This document shows positions 51,617 through 64,000 of a DNA stretch of 64,000 nt, in pieces (positions within the stretch are counted from its first letter, which is position 1; each line of letters begins with the position of its first letter). A program made the position numbers and the translations under genes. Below the pieces are notes generated by a model, which saw only the letters and a list, made by a program, of their open reading frames with translations, was not told the origin of the DNA and searched no databases. Origin of the DNA: Macrostomum lignano (Eukaryota); NCBI GenBank assembly GCA_002269645.1, contig NIVC01000328.1, forward strand, positions 1-64,000, written 5' to 3'.

Positions 51617-54600
51617 CTAAACTTTGGTGACGGCCTTGGCTGAATCATCCTGCTCAGCTCCGTTCGCTTCAGCTCTCTTCCTCAGTTGGGCAGCGGCGCT
51701 AGTCTCGCCGTCAGTTGGTGACGAGACTTTAATAGCAGCCGATGAAGCCGAGAGCAGCTGCTGCTCGGATTTTCTTAGAGCGGCGCGCTGGTCGAACTGT
51801 GCGGCCAGGACCGCGTCGTGCACCGACACGTAAATTATGTCGTACCGGTTCTTCTCGTAGAAATCGGAGCGCTCCAGACAGGCACGGATGCCACCTGAAA
51901 TTGAGTGAGGGGTCGGGCTGGGTGAGGGGTCGGGCTGGGTGGGGGGTTGGGCTGGTTGAGGGTTGGGCTGGGTGAGGGATCGGGCTGGGTGGGGGTTGGG
52001 CTGGGTGAGGGGTTGGGCTGGGTGAGGGGTTGGACTGGGTGAGGAGTTGGGCTTGGTGAGGGGTTGGGCTGGGTGAGGGGTTGGATTGGGTGAGGGGTTG
52101 GGCCGGGTGACGGGTTGGGCTGGGAGGGGCTGCAGGCTTGCATGGTGAGGGGTTGGGTTTGGGTGAGTGGTTAAACGTTTTGTGCTTTTTAAGCTGGTTG
52201 ACGCCCTCATTAATTGCGCAATCAAATCACACGCTTGATACTGTATACATGTTCAAAGCGACAAAATAGCGAAATAGCTAGCGACAAAAGATGGCTCAAG
52301 CCTTATGCAATTACGCTGTAATTGGTTTGATTTAATGGCAATAAATGGAAGCCTGACTATGGCATAAATCTATGGCATATGAATTTCTGCATTTGCCAGA
52401 TAAACCCGAACTCACACTTGGGATTAGCGATATAAACTGCCACCCCAATATCCCGGTACTCCTGAATGGCCTGGCTGAGCGCCCGGACTCCAACATAGTC
52501 GATGTAGCCCCAGGTGGAGGCGTCAAGAATCACGTGCTGAACAGGTACGCGTGGCCAGTCCAGGCCCACCGCCTTGGCCGCTTCGGCCTTCTCCGACTCG
52601 CTCATGCGGGTGAAGGTCCGCTTGACAGTCGCCGTAGACGCGTCGGAGGTGGCGGTTACCCGAGCGTACTTTTCCCCTAGACGACGGCGTTGCTGAACGA
52701 TACGACGCGGATTGACGCCGGTTTTGCGGTAGAGGCTTTCGCGGAAGTTCTCGGCGCAGGCAAAGTACAGGGAGCCCTCGAAACGGAAGATCTTGAGGCC
52801 GGCGACCTCTTCAATCTGGTGAATGCAGAAGTGAGGTGGTGCGGAGAGTGAGGTGGATGCAGGGAGTGATGTAGGTGCAGGGAGTGATGTGGGTGCAGGG
52901 AGTGATGTGGGTGTAGGGAGTGAGGTGGTGCGGGGAGTGATGTAGGTGCAGGGAGTGATGTGGGTGCAGGGAGTGATGTGGGTGTAGGGAGTGAGGTGGT
53001 GCGGGGAGTGAGGTGGATGCAGGGAGTGATGTAGGTTCAGGGAGTGATGTGGGTGCAGGGAGTGATGTGGGTGTAGGGAGTGAGGTGGTGCGGGGAGTGA
53101 GGTGGATGCAGGGAGTGATGTAGGTGCAGGGAGTGATGTGGGTGCAGGGAGTGATGTGGGTGTAGGGAGTGAGGTGATGCGGGGAGTGAGGTGGATGCAG
53201 GGAGTGATGTAGGTGCAGGGAGTGATGTGGGTGTATGGAGTGAGGTGATGCGGGGAGTGAGGTGGATGCAGGGAGTGATGTAGGTGCAGGGAGTGATGTG
53301 GGTGCAGGGAGTGATGTGGGTGTAGGGAGTGCGATGGCTGCAGGAAGTGAGGTGGGTGTAGGGAGTGAGGTGGGTGCAGGGAGTGAGGTGGGTGTAGGGA
53401 GTGAGGTGAGTGCAGGGAGTGAGGTGGGTGTAGGGAGTGAGGTGGGTGCAGGGAGTGAGGTGAGAGCAGGGAGTGAGGTTGGTGTAGGGAGTGAGGTGGG
53501 TGCAGGGATATTACACTGATATGAAACACTGAATTCGCAATTAGCCACTCACATCATCGTACGCGTGCACATTTTTGTACAGATCCGTCCCAGTAATTCT
53601 ACCCAAAATTGACGAGGTTGGCGATTGAGTTCGTACGATGATACTGAACACAGAGAAGGCCAGGCCCATGATGAGGCCGTAGTCAACTGATAGCAGCACC
53701 ACGCCCAGGCAGGTGACAATCCAAGTCCAGAAGTCGTAGGGCGACAGGCGCCACAGGATCGGCGCCTCCTTGACCTGCTCCAGCATGCCCTTGATGGCAA
53801 CCAGGATGATGGCGGACAGGCAGCAGTTGGGCACGGTCTCGAAATATTTGCCAACAAACAGCAGCACGAGCAGAAGCAGCGTTGAGGAGACCAGAGCGGC
53901 CACCTGGGTCTTGCCACCCATGCTGTCCTGGACAGCGGAGCGGGACAGGGAGGAGCCGGCTGGCCAGCAGTGGAAGAAGGCACCGACGGTGTTGCAGATG
54001 CCGTAGGCTATGAGCTCCTGGTGGTGGGTGTGCAGTCAGGTGTGCTTCAATTCGTGCCTTTCAGAGGTATGGATCTGCGGTTAACGCGTCTGACTCGCGC
54101 CACGACCCCTGGTTCGATTCCATTACGCGGCCACACTCATTTGGGGCTGGTGCGCACGAAAATTGGCCAGGGGTTGTCGATCCACAGCCATGAGAGCCAA
54201 CCCCCGAAGGCACAGAGAGTGTACATGCCTGACGATTAGAAAGTCAGCCCGCTGTACACCCTGTGTGAGCGTGTGCATGAGTGCTGTGCCTGCGTACAGT
54301 ATTGGCGCTCTTGTATGTGCTCAGGACATTCGACATTCTCAATTCCATCTATGCAAGCTGTGGTTCATGGTTGGCGATACAGACAATGTAATATACCCAA
54401 CTCACCGGGCCAACTCAAGCCAAAGTACAGCTTGAACTCACCTGACTGGGCGCCACTTCGTAGTTGTACTTTTTGCCAAATATTTTAGCCAAAGAAACGC
54501 AAACCGAGAAAGCAATGATGGCCACAGTGATGATTTCAACTGCCATCGAGGGCTGCAGAACGCTGAGGTCCGGAAACTCAGGCGGAGGAATTCTGATGGA

Positions 54601-57600
54601 TTTCGATTTGTTGCCAACTGCTTTATTCACTTGTGCTGTCGCTTATTGAGGGGGCACAGGGAGTGAGGTGAGTGCAGGCAGTGAGGTGGGTGAAGGGAGT
54701 GAGGTGGGTGTAGGGAGTGAGGTGGGTGCAGGCAGTGAGGTGGGTGCAGGAAGTGAGGTGGGTGCAGGGAGTAAGGTGGGTGCAGGGAGTGAGGTGGGGG
54801 CAGGGAGTGAGGTGGGTGCAGGGAGTGAGGTGGGGGCAGGGAGTGAGGTGGGTGCAGGGAGTGAGGTGGGGGCAGGGAGTGAGGTGGGTGCAGGGAGTGA
54901 GGTGGGGGCAGGGAGTGAGGTGGGTGCAGGGAGTGAGGTGGGGGCAGGGAGTGAGGTGGGTGCAGGGAGTCAACACAAGGAAACTGATCTATCGGCATCC
55001 TTACCCAGTCGGAATGGTGCCAACGATTTTAACGTTGTAATTCTTCTTAAGATCGAACACATAAGAGATCACTGTCCCAAGAGTTACCTGGTAGAGATTA
55101 AGTCAGACATGAGAAAATTTGCATAAAAAAGACAGCTGTTTGAGCAAGCACTCGGATTCTTACAATGATCAGTTCGGTCGGCAGAGGCGCTTTAATCTTC
55201 TTGCGAACTCGCGGATTAACGAATTCCTTGGTGACGTACAGGATCACTACGGCAACGGCCGCGATGCCCAGGGTGACAAAATTGGTCTGACCAATGTTGC
55301 AGGCCAGATCGTAGTAGTGCTGGCGATCCGGAGAGGTCAGTGGGTGCTTTGCATTCTATTCACTGCTCATTCTCAATGAAAGCCCAGACTCACCAGGGGC
55401 AAACTGGCCAGGCCATTCCTGCCGGGCACACTGATGCCCAGCACGTACTTGATCTGGCTGCTGAACACGTGCACCGCGACGCCCATGGTGAACCCGGAGA
55501 TTAGCGGGTCGCTCAGGTACCGAGTTAGAAACCCGAGTCGCAAGATGCCCATGAGCAGCTGGTTGTTGGGAGAATTGGCGACAGTTGCGCGTCAAAAAAA
55601 ACCCAGCAACTGAGGATATGGGAGGCTGGCCCAGCAACTGATGATCTGGGAGGCTGGCCGAGCAACTGAGGATCTGGGGGCTGGCCCAGCAACTGATGAT
55701 CTGGGAGGCTGGCCCAGCAACTGAGGATCTGGGGGCTAGCCCAGCAACTGATGATCTGGGAGGCTGGCCCAGCAACTGAGGATCTGGGAGGCTGGCCCAG
55801 CAACTGAGGATCTGGGAGGCTGGCCCAGCAACTGAGGATCTGGGGGCTGGCCCAGCAACTGATGATCTGGGAGGCTGGCCTAGCAACTGATGATCTGGGA
55901 GGCTGGCCTAGCAACTGAGAGTCTGGGAGGCTGGCTCAGCAACTGGGGATCTGGGAGGCTGCATGGCCCAGCAACTGGGGATCAAAGTCCAACCTGCCGC
56001 ATCTCTCACCTGAATAAGCCCCACGCACAGACAGGTGGCGCAGGCCAGAGAGACTCTGCTCCGTATCAGCGGGTCTGATCCCCACGACTGGTCAGTCGCC
56101 ATCGAGGTGGCATTGACTATGAAAGCTTCCGCAGTCACATTATCGCCAGCTGGGGTCACCTGCATAGCAACCGCCGGCAGGTTCTTCCTGACCAGACTGC
56201 CAATCAGCAGAGAGACGATCGCCAAGGTGCCCATGGAGATCTGGCGCGATGTGCCGAAGAAGAAGTAGATCAGAGGAGGGAAGAAGGAGGTGTACAGGCC
56301 CAGGTAGGGCGGCAGCTCGGCCAGGAAGGCGTACGCCATGCCCTGGGGGATGTGCATGATTCCCACCGTCAGGCCTGAAAAAATCGTGGATTGAGAATGT
56401 TTTGCTCAGTAAGGGTGTGCAAAAGTTTGAAATAAGCAGGGGCCTTTCAGTTAGCCATTAAATCTCTGCCCCCAGCCGTCACAGCCAATGTACATTGCAG
56501 GAGCCTTTCAGTTAGCCAATACATCTCTGCCCCCAGCCGTCACAGCCAATGTACATTGCAGGAGCCTTTCAGTTAACCATTTCATCTCTGCCCCCAGCCG
56601 TCACAGCCAATGTACATTGCAGTAGGCTTTCAGTTAGGCAATACATCTCTGCCCCCAGCCGTCACAGCCAATGTACTTTGCAGGAGCCTTTCAGTTAACC
56701 ATTACATCTCTGCCCCCAGCCGTCACAGCCAATGTACATTGCAGTAGGCTTTCAGTTAGGCAATACATCTCTGCCCCCAGCCGTCACAGCCAATGTACAT
56801 AGGTCTCTCGAGCGAAATCCGGATAAAATAAGGTGTGTAATAATCAGGCCAAAATTTTGATCCACTGAGCATGAAATCTTACGCGCGTAATTAATCAGGT
56901 GAAAATTTGTTGCAATAGGAAGAATACAGTACTGCAAACTGACTTGAAAGCAGAAATTCATTTGTTTTAAATCAACTAAGCCATTGTACGACGTGGTTTG
57001 TTAGTCATGCAAGTTGCGTTTTATTCTGATGAAGTGAAGCGTACGAACTGTTTTATGCAGGCATTCGTTTTTACTGTAATATTGAGTAATCCGAGCTCAT
57101 GAGAATAATAATGGAAAAAAAGTATTGACTCTTTCATCAATCATCAACCTACTGACTCAATCATCAACCTACTGACTCATTCATCAACCTACTGACTCAC
57201 TCATCAACCTACTGACTCATTCATCAACCTACTGACTCATTCATCAACCTACTGACTCATTCATCAACCTACTGACTCAATCATCAACCTACTGACTCAT
57301 TCATCAACCTACTGACTCAATCGTCAACCTACTGACTCACTCGTCAACCTACTGACTCATTCATCAACCTACTGACTCAATCGTCAACCTACTCACTCAT
57401 TCATCAACCTACTGACTCAATCGTCAACCTACTGACTCATAGACCCATTGGAAGTGAAACCCGTTGAACCTTCAACCCTCCGGCCTCAGCTGGGCTCACC
57501 CGAGATGAGGTCGGGCAGCAGCCACTCCCGCAGGTTGTACTCTCGCATGATGCCCAAAAACGGCAGCAGCTGCACGAGAGCTCCGCACAGGCGCCCCCGA

Positions 57601-59035
57601 TCGGGTGGACAGCCGGTCTTGGCCGACTTCAGCCTGTCCCGCAGCCGGTGCAGCAGCGGCCGTCGAACCAGCCGACCGCCGTGTCGATCGTCAAACTGCT
57701 GCTGGGTGGACACCGGCCTCAGAACTCGGACACTTCGCTCCGTCTCGGCGTCGCTCGGCGCCAAACTGTCGTCGTCGTCGTCAGCCGCGAACAGTTCGAT
57801 GTCGTCGCCTTCGATGACCGCTCCGGCCTCTCCAGCTGGCACCAGCTCGGCCAGGCGCTGGTGCTGGTGCTGGTGCTGATGTTGGTGCTGCGATGGCGGC
57901 GAAGCCATCAGGAAAGCTGGTGCAGCCGAGGAGATGGTCTCCCCAGCCTCCGCAGTCTGTGCTGATGCAGAGTCGGCCGCTCCTGCCGAGAATTCGTCAG
58001 TTTTGTTATTAAGAATTTGGTAGTTTTTCTAGAAACATGATAGCTTGTGATAGGATTTTTGTTCTTGAGAGCTCATCTTGTTGTGAACAGTGAGAACTTC
58101 TCTGAGATCTAATCTCACGTGGTGTGTGAACGGGGAGAATCTTCTCTCTGAGATCCAACCTCACGTAGTGTGTGAACGGTGAGAATCTTCTCTCTCAGAT
58201 CTAATCTCACGTAGTGTGTGAACGGTGAGAATCTTCTCTCTCAGATCTAATCTCACGTAATGTGTGAACAGTGAGAATCTTCTATCTGAGATCTAATCTC
58301 ACGTGGTGTGTGAACGGTGAGAATCTTCTCTCTGAGATCTAATCTCACGTGGTGTGTGAACAGTGAGAATCTTCTCTCTGAGATCTAATCTCATGTAGTG
58401 TGTGAACGGTGAGAATCTTCTATCTGAGATCTAATCTCACGTAGTGCGTGAACGGTGAGAATCTTCTCTCTGAGATCTAATCTCACGTAGTGTGTGAACG
58501 GTGAGAATCTTCTCTCTGAGATCTAATGTCACGTAGTGTGTGAACGGTGAGAATCTTCTCTCTGAGATCTAATCTCACGTGGTGTGTGAACAGTGAGAAT
58601 CTTCTCTCTGAGATCTAATCTCATGTAGTGTGTGAACGGTGAGAATCTTCTCTCAGATCTAATCTCACGTGGTGTGTGAACAGTGAGAATCTTCTATCTG
58701 AGATCTGATCTCACGTAGTGCGTGAACGGACGTGAGAATCTTATCTCTGAGATCTAATCTCACGTGGTGTGTGAACGGTAAGAATCTTCTCTCTCAGATC
58801 TAATCTCACGTAGTGTGTGAACGGTGAGAATCTTCTCTCTGAGATCTAATGTCACGTAGTGTGTTAACGGTGAGAATCTTCTCTCAGAGACCTAATCTCA
58901 TAAATAATCTCAGAAACAATCTGTCCCTAGACTGATAGACGTCTTATTATCATATTACTTTTGGTTCACAGTGTCGGCAATGCAGCCCCCTTACTCACCG
59001 ACCAGAGCAGTGTAATCCACCTTCTTGGCGCTCAT
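51617..59035 (-). CDS. SLC26 anion transporter (prestin-like) with STAS domain; 10 coding exons (59035-58999, 57982-57500, 56374-56010, 55558-55394, 55319-55164, 55087-55005, 54592-54442, 54017-53553, 52815-52416, 51894-51617)
   Basis: GLTVGIMHIPQGMAYA..LYTSFFP..FGTSRQISMGT, YLSDPLISGFT, SSLSRS..GGKTQ, and STAS motifs KIFRFEGSLYFA, VILDAS..YIDYVG, SVHDAV. All introns are GT-AG. Confidence 0.92.
51903..52167. repeat. 17-bp G-rich minisatellite (GGTGAGGGGTTGGGCTG)
   Basis: In the last SLC26 intron, adjacent to the acceptor. Confidence 0.9.
52830..53507. repeat. 18-bp G-rich minisatellite (GGGTGCAGGGAGTGATGT)
   Basis: Fills SLC26 intron 8. Confidence 0.95.
54655..54970. repeat. 18-bp G-rich minisatellite (GTGAGGTGGGTGCAGGGA)
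   Basis: SLC26 intron 6. Same unit family as 52830-53507. Confidence 0.95.
55600..55980. repeat. 28-bp minisatellite (CTGGCCCAGCAACTGATGATCTGGGAGG)
   Basis: SLC26 intron 3. Confidence 0.93.
56440..56800. repeat. 61-bp tandem repeat, about 6 copies
   Basis: ATCTCTGCCCCCAGCCGTCACAGCCAATGTACA... recurs every 61 bp. Confidence 0.93.
57135..57440. repeat. 20-bp minisatellite (CTACTGACTCATTCATCAAC)
   Basis: SLC26 intron 2. Confidence 0.95.
58090..58900. repeat. 46-bp minisatellite (GAGAATCTTCTCTCTGAGATCTAATCTCACGTAGTGTGTGAACGGT)
   Basis: About 17 copies in SLC26 intron 1. Confidence 0.95.
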
Positions 59036-59694
59036 CTCCCTGCTGTCGCTGGAGCTCTGAAACAGACCGAATTAAGCGGTCACTCCTATATCTAATCCCG
59101 GGCTATGGCTCTCAGGTCACGGCCTCTCTCCGCGCCTATCCGTGTTGCAGTTGAATTTATTTTGTTCTATATTATGAATTTCTCCTAGAGGGAAAGGTTT
59201 CCACTTCTGCAGAATGTCTAGATCGAGCAAACGGCAAGAGTTCAAGGTTGCGGTAGTAAAGTTTAAAAAATTCAAAACTCCATTTCTTTGCTTCATAGCA
59301 GCTGCTCTCTCACACATGTGGGATAGAGGGGGGGGGAGCCTTCTCCTGCTTGGACCTGCAGTTGTTCTCCACCGCCCACTTCTCTTGGCTCCCTACCCTA
59401 CCCCACTGTCTCCCTCTCTCCTCTCCCGCTCTGCTCCCGCACTAGCCAACCAATCGCATTCTCAGTAGGGCTGTGCAGGGGGACGGCAGGACAACACGGG
59501 GACCGGAGCTCTCTGCAGAGTGCACCTGAAGCCACTGTAGCATCCACTGTTTGATCAGAGTGGGAATTGACACTGCAAATGCAGAATATTTTTATGACGA
59601 GAAATTCGATTTCTTAACCCAATCCCTACTTTCTATACATGTGAATTCCTGTGTGTGATCAGCAGCTTGCAGGCTAGCTTGACTGTTTAGGGCA

Positions 59695-61560
59695 AAACAG
59701 ACACTATAGAGATTAAGTCAGACACTATAGGGATCAAGTCAGACACTGTAGGGATCAAGTCAGACACTGTAGGGATCAAGTCAGACACTGTAGGGATCAA
59801 GTCAGACACTGTAGGGATCAAGTCAGACACTGTAGGGATCAAGACAGACACTATCGATATCAAGACAGACACTATAGATATCAAGACAGACGCTATAGAG
59901 ATCAAGACAGACACTATAGAGATCAAGACAGACACTATAGGGATCAAGACAGACACTATAGATATCAAGACAGACACTATAGATATCAAGACAGACACTA
60001 TAGATATCAAGACAGACAATATAGATATCAAGACAGACACTATAGATATCAAGACAGACACTATAGAGATCAAGACAGACACTGTAGGGATGAAGACAGA
60101 CACTGTAGGGATCAAGACAGACACTGTAGGGATCAAGACAGACACTGTAGGGATCAAGTCAGACACAATAGATATCAAGACAGACACTATAGAGATCAAG
60201 ATAGACACTATAGAGATAAAGTCAGACACTATAGAGATCAAGACAGACACTATAGAGATCAAGACAGACTCTATAGAGATCAAGTCAGACACTATAGATA
60301 TTAAAACAGACACTATAGATATCAAGACAGACACTATATAGATCAAGTCAGACACTATAGATATCAAGACAGACACTATAGATATTAAAACAGACACTAT
60401 AGATATCAAGACAGACACTATAGACATCAAGACAGACACTATAGATATCAAGACAGACACTAGATATCAAGACAGACACTATAGACATCAAGACAGACAC
60501 TATAGATATCAATACAGACACTAGATATCAAGACAGACACTAGATATCAAGACAGACACTATAGACATCAAGACAGACACTATAGATATCAAGACAAACA
60601 CTATAGATATCAAGACAGACACTATAGATATCAAGACAGACACTATAGATATCAAGACAGACACTATAGATATCAAGACAGACAATATAGATATCAAGAC
60701 AGACACTATAGATATCAAGACAGACACTATAGAGATCAAGACAGACACTGTAGGGATGAAGACAGACACTGTAGGGATCAAGACAGACACTGTAGGGATC
60801 AAGACAGACACTGTAGGGATCAAGTCAGACACAATAGATATCAAGACAGACACTATAGAGATCAAGATAGACACTATAGAGATAAAGTCAGACACTATAG
60901 AGATCAAGACAGACACTATAGAGATCAAGACAGACTCTATAGAGATCAAGTCAGACACTATAGATATTAAAACAGACACTATAGATATCAAGACAGACAC
61001 TATATAGATCAAGTCAGACACTATAGATATCAAGACAGACACTATAGATATTAAAACAGACACTATAGATATCAAGACAGACACTATAGACATCAAGACA
61101 GACACTATAGATATCAAGACAGACACTAGATATCAAGACAGACACTATAGACATCAAGACAGACACTATAGATATCAATACAGACACTAGATATCAAGAC
61201 AGACACTAGATATCAAGACAGACACTATAGACATCAAGACAGACACTATAGATATCAAGACAAACACTATAGATATCAAGACAGACACTATAGACATCAA
61301 GACAGACACTATAGATATCAAGACAAACACTATAGATATCAAGACAGACACTATAGATATCAAGACAGACACTATAGATATCAAGACAGACACTATAGAT
61401 ATTAAAACAGACACTATAGACATCAAGACAGACACTATAGAGATCAAGACAGACACTATAGATATCAAGACAGACACTATAGATATCAAGACAGACACTA
61501 TAGATATCAAGACAGACACTATAGATATTAAAACAGACACTATAGACATCAGGACAGACT
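59695..61560. repeat. 21-bp minisatellite (AGACACTATAGATATCAAGAC) with a 666-bp internal duplication
   Basis: Directly visible. Identical ORF translations at 60090 and 60756. Confidence 0.96.
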
Positions 61561-62274
61561 CACATTTGACAGCATATTTGACTGAGCATCTGACAGCATA
61601 TTTATAATTTAGTTCCTCATGACCGACTGCTCACCTGGTTCGCTGAATCTGCAGCACTTTTCTTGCAGAACTTTTTCGTAAGGTCTTCTTGATCTGAAAG
61701 ACAAGTTGAAGGTAGAATTTCGATTACAAATGGAAGTTAATTTTTGATAAAGTGTAAATGTTTATTTATTTTGATAGATCTGCATCACAAAGCACTCACC
61801 AGCCACCGCTGCAGCAGCGCCCTGATTGTCCATGCTCCGCTTGCAGAAAATTTGCAATTGAAATCAACTTGTTTAACTTGAGATTTTTTAAGCAGTTGCT
61901 TTCACTTTCTTGCCAGCTGTTAATGTGGCAATGAAAACTCTGAGACCCGTTTTTTTCACTTATTTTATGTGTCGACAATTGCGCACTAAATTTTACCTTC
62001 GTGAATATTGCGTATTTCCAGGTCTCCAATATTTCGTCAGTTCACTCTTACTGACCAACCGGCTGGGACTGGTTGTTGACGGATCGAAAAGTATCATTTT
62101 AGCATTTTATGCAACTGTTAATGCGAAACCTTGCAGAACAACATAATTTCCTTACTTCGTAATTACATTTACATTTAAATTTACTAAGCTGTTGGAGAGA
62201 ACATAAGGTACTGATTTTAGTGGATAAATGGTAGTACCATTTGAGGCAAAATTATTACTCGTAGAAGTTTGAGC

Positions 62275-62620
62275 GATGAGTCATCAGCGTACATGCAGAT
62301 AAGGGACGAGATGCGAATGGCGAGTCATCAGTGTACATGCAAATAAGGGACGAGATGCGAATGGCGAGTCATCAGTGTACATGCAAATAGGGGACGAGAT
62401 GGGAGGGATGGGTCATCAGTGTACATGCAGAAAAGGGACGAGATGGGAATGATGAGTCATCAGTGTACATGCAGAAAAGGGACGAGATGGGAATGATGAG
62501 TCATCAGTGTACATGCAGAAAAGGGACGAGATGGGAATGATGAGTCATCAGTGTACATGCAGAAAAGGGACGAGATGGGAATGATGAGTCATCAGTGTAC
62601 TTACTGATTGGGGACGAGAT
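62275..62620. repeat. 44-bp tandem repeat
   Basis: GAGTCATCAGTGTACATGCAGAAAAGGGACGAGATGGGAATGAT, about 8 copies. Confidence 0.93.
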
Positions 62621-63349
62621 GGGAAGGATGAATCGTCTGTGTGCATGAAGACACGGCGAGCTGCAAGCGGCTCATCAATTCTCTTGAGTTAAAAATTCAT
62701 GTGTTAAGCATAAAATGTCACATCTCTACTAACAGTAGTTGATAGGAACGAACGAACTAAAACTGGAAAGAAATAATTTTTCGACCTTTTGCTGTACTGT
62801 TTCTGTGACGCTCGCCACTGACGTGTCTGTCTAATTAAATTTTCTGCTTTAAATAAAACTCTTTTATTGCACTCAGACTGCTCAAGGAGAAAGCAAACAA
62901 AAGCGGCTTAAGATAAAATAGAAGAAGGATTATGAAAGAAAAATGAAAAATTAAATTCTACAATTAAAAAATAACTACATAAAAACTTGCTTGTCAAAAA
63001 TGCAGACAGTTTCTAAATTGCAGGTGCTTGTAGTGAAGATTCAGTTTAATAAATAACGTTTCCTTCCAGTCTTAGAGAAGCTGAAAAAATAAAAACAGGT
63101 TTTTTCTGCCAAGAGTCTTTCAAACATTCACTTGATTGCAATTGTGAAAGAAAATTAAAACGACCGTGTTATTGTAAACAATTTTACTGAAATTCGTGAG
63201 AAATGCACATTGATTTTCATTCAATTATTAACCCATTATCAGCAGTGTGTAAGGAAAGCAGGTCCTGCGATAACACCCAATGTCCTGGTTTCTCACAGAT
63301 CCCTAACTGCACCATTAGAGCCCCTATCTACCAGATCCTCAATCGTCCA

Positions 63350-64000
63350 GCTCCTGAATCTCACCCTCAGATCCCAATCTCACTCTTAGATCCCCAATCT
63401 CACTTCCAGATCCTCAATCTCATTCTCAGATCCCCAATCTCACTCCCAGATCCCCAATCTCACTCTCAGATCCCTAATCCCACTCTCAGATCCATAACCT
63501 CACTCTCAGATCCCCAATCTCACTCTCAGATCCTCAATCTCACCCCCAGATCCCCAATCTCACTCCCAGATCCTCAATCTCACCCCCAGATCCTTAATCT
63601 CACTCTCAGATCCCCAATCTCACTGCCAGACCCTAATCTCACTCTCAGATCCCCAATCCCACTCTCAGATCCCCAATCTCACTCCCAGATCCCCAATCTC
63701 ACTTCCAGATCCTCAATCTCACTCTCAGATCCCCAATCTCACTCCCAGATCCCCAATCTCACTCTCAGATCCCTAATCTCACTCTCAGATCCATAACCTC
63801 ACTCTCAGATCCCCAATCTCACTCTCAGATCCTCAATCTCACCTCCAGATCCTTAATCTCACTCTCAGATCCCCAATCTCACTGCCAGACCCTAATCTCA
63901 CTCTCAGATCCCCAATCCCACTCTCAGATCCCCAATCTCACTCCCAGATCCCCAATCTCACTCCCAGATCCCCAATCTCACTCTCAGATCCCTAATCTCA
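63350..64000. repeat. 20-bp minisatellite (CTCAGATCCCCAATCTCACT), runs off the window end
   Basis: Directly visible. Confidence 0.95.

Noticed and set aside
59687-63796. ISIVSVL and PDPQSH repeat ORFs
   Set aside because: Products of the 21-bp and 20-bp arrays, with no coding evidence.

Overview
Eukaryotic (animal) genomic DNA with spliced genes and minisatellite-filled introns; the style resembles a free-living flatworm such as Macrostomum, which is inference only. The main feature is a very young Ty3/Gypsy LTR retrotransposon (646-9332) with gag, a -1 frameshift signal and PR-RT-RH-IN. In the position where env usually sits it carries a separate, intact 326-aa ORF3 (6945-7925) made of an Hsp40 J-domain (HPD intact), an acidic linker, an HP1-type chromodomain and a possible chromo-shadow-like C-terminus. 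A candidate splice acceptor lies directly before the ORF3 ATG. The window also holds several P-superfamily (THAP) DNA transposons with 8-bp TSDs (one nested in another), a hAT-type MITE, a 35-bp palindromic insertion with an 8-bp TSD and a SINE fragment. Host genes: VWA5A-like, 4E-T-like, CRAL-TRIO (middle exon apparently missing), a GT32 glycosyltransferase, an ARM-TIR protein, a PhyH-family dioxygenase and a 10-exon SLC26 transporter. About 20 tandem arrays generate most of the spurious ORFs. Several frameshifts look like homopolymer sequencing errors. All domain calls are by-eye motif recognition; no searches were run.
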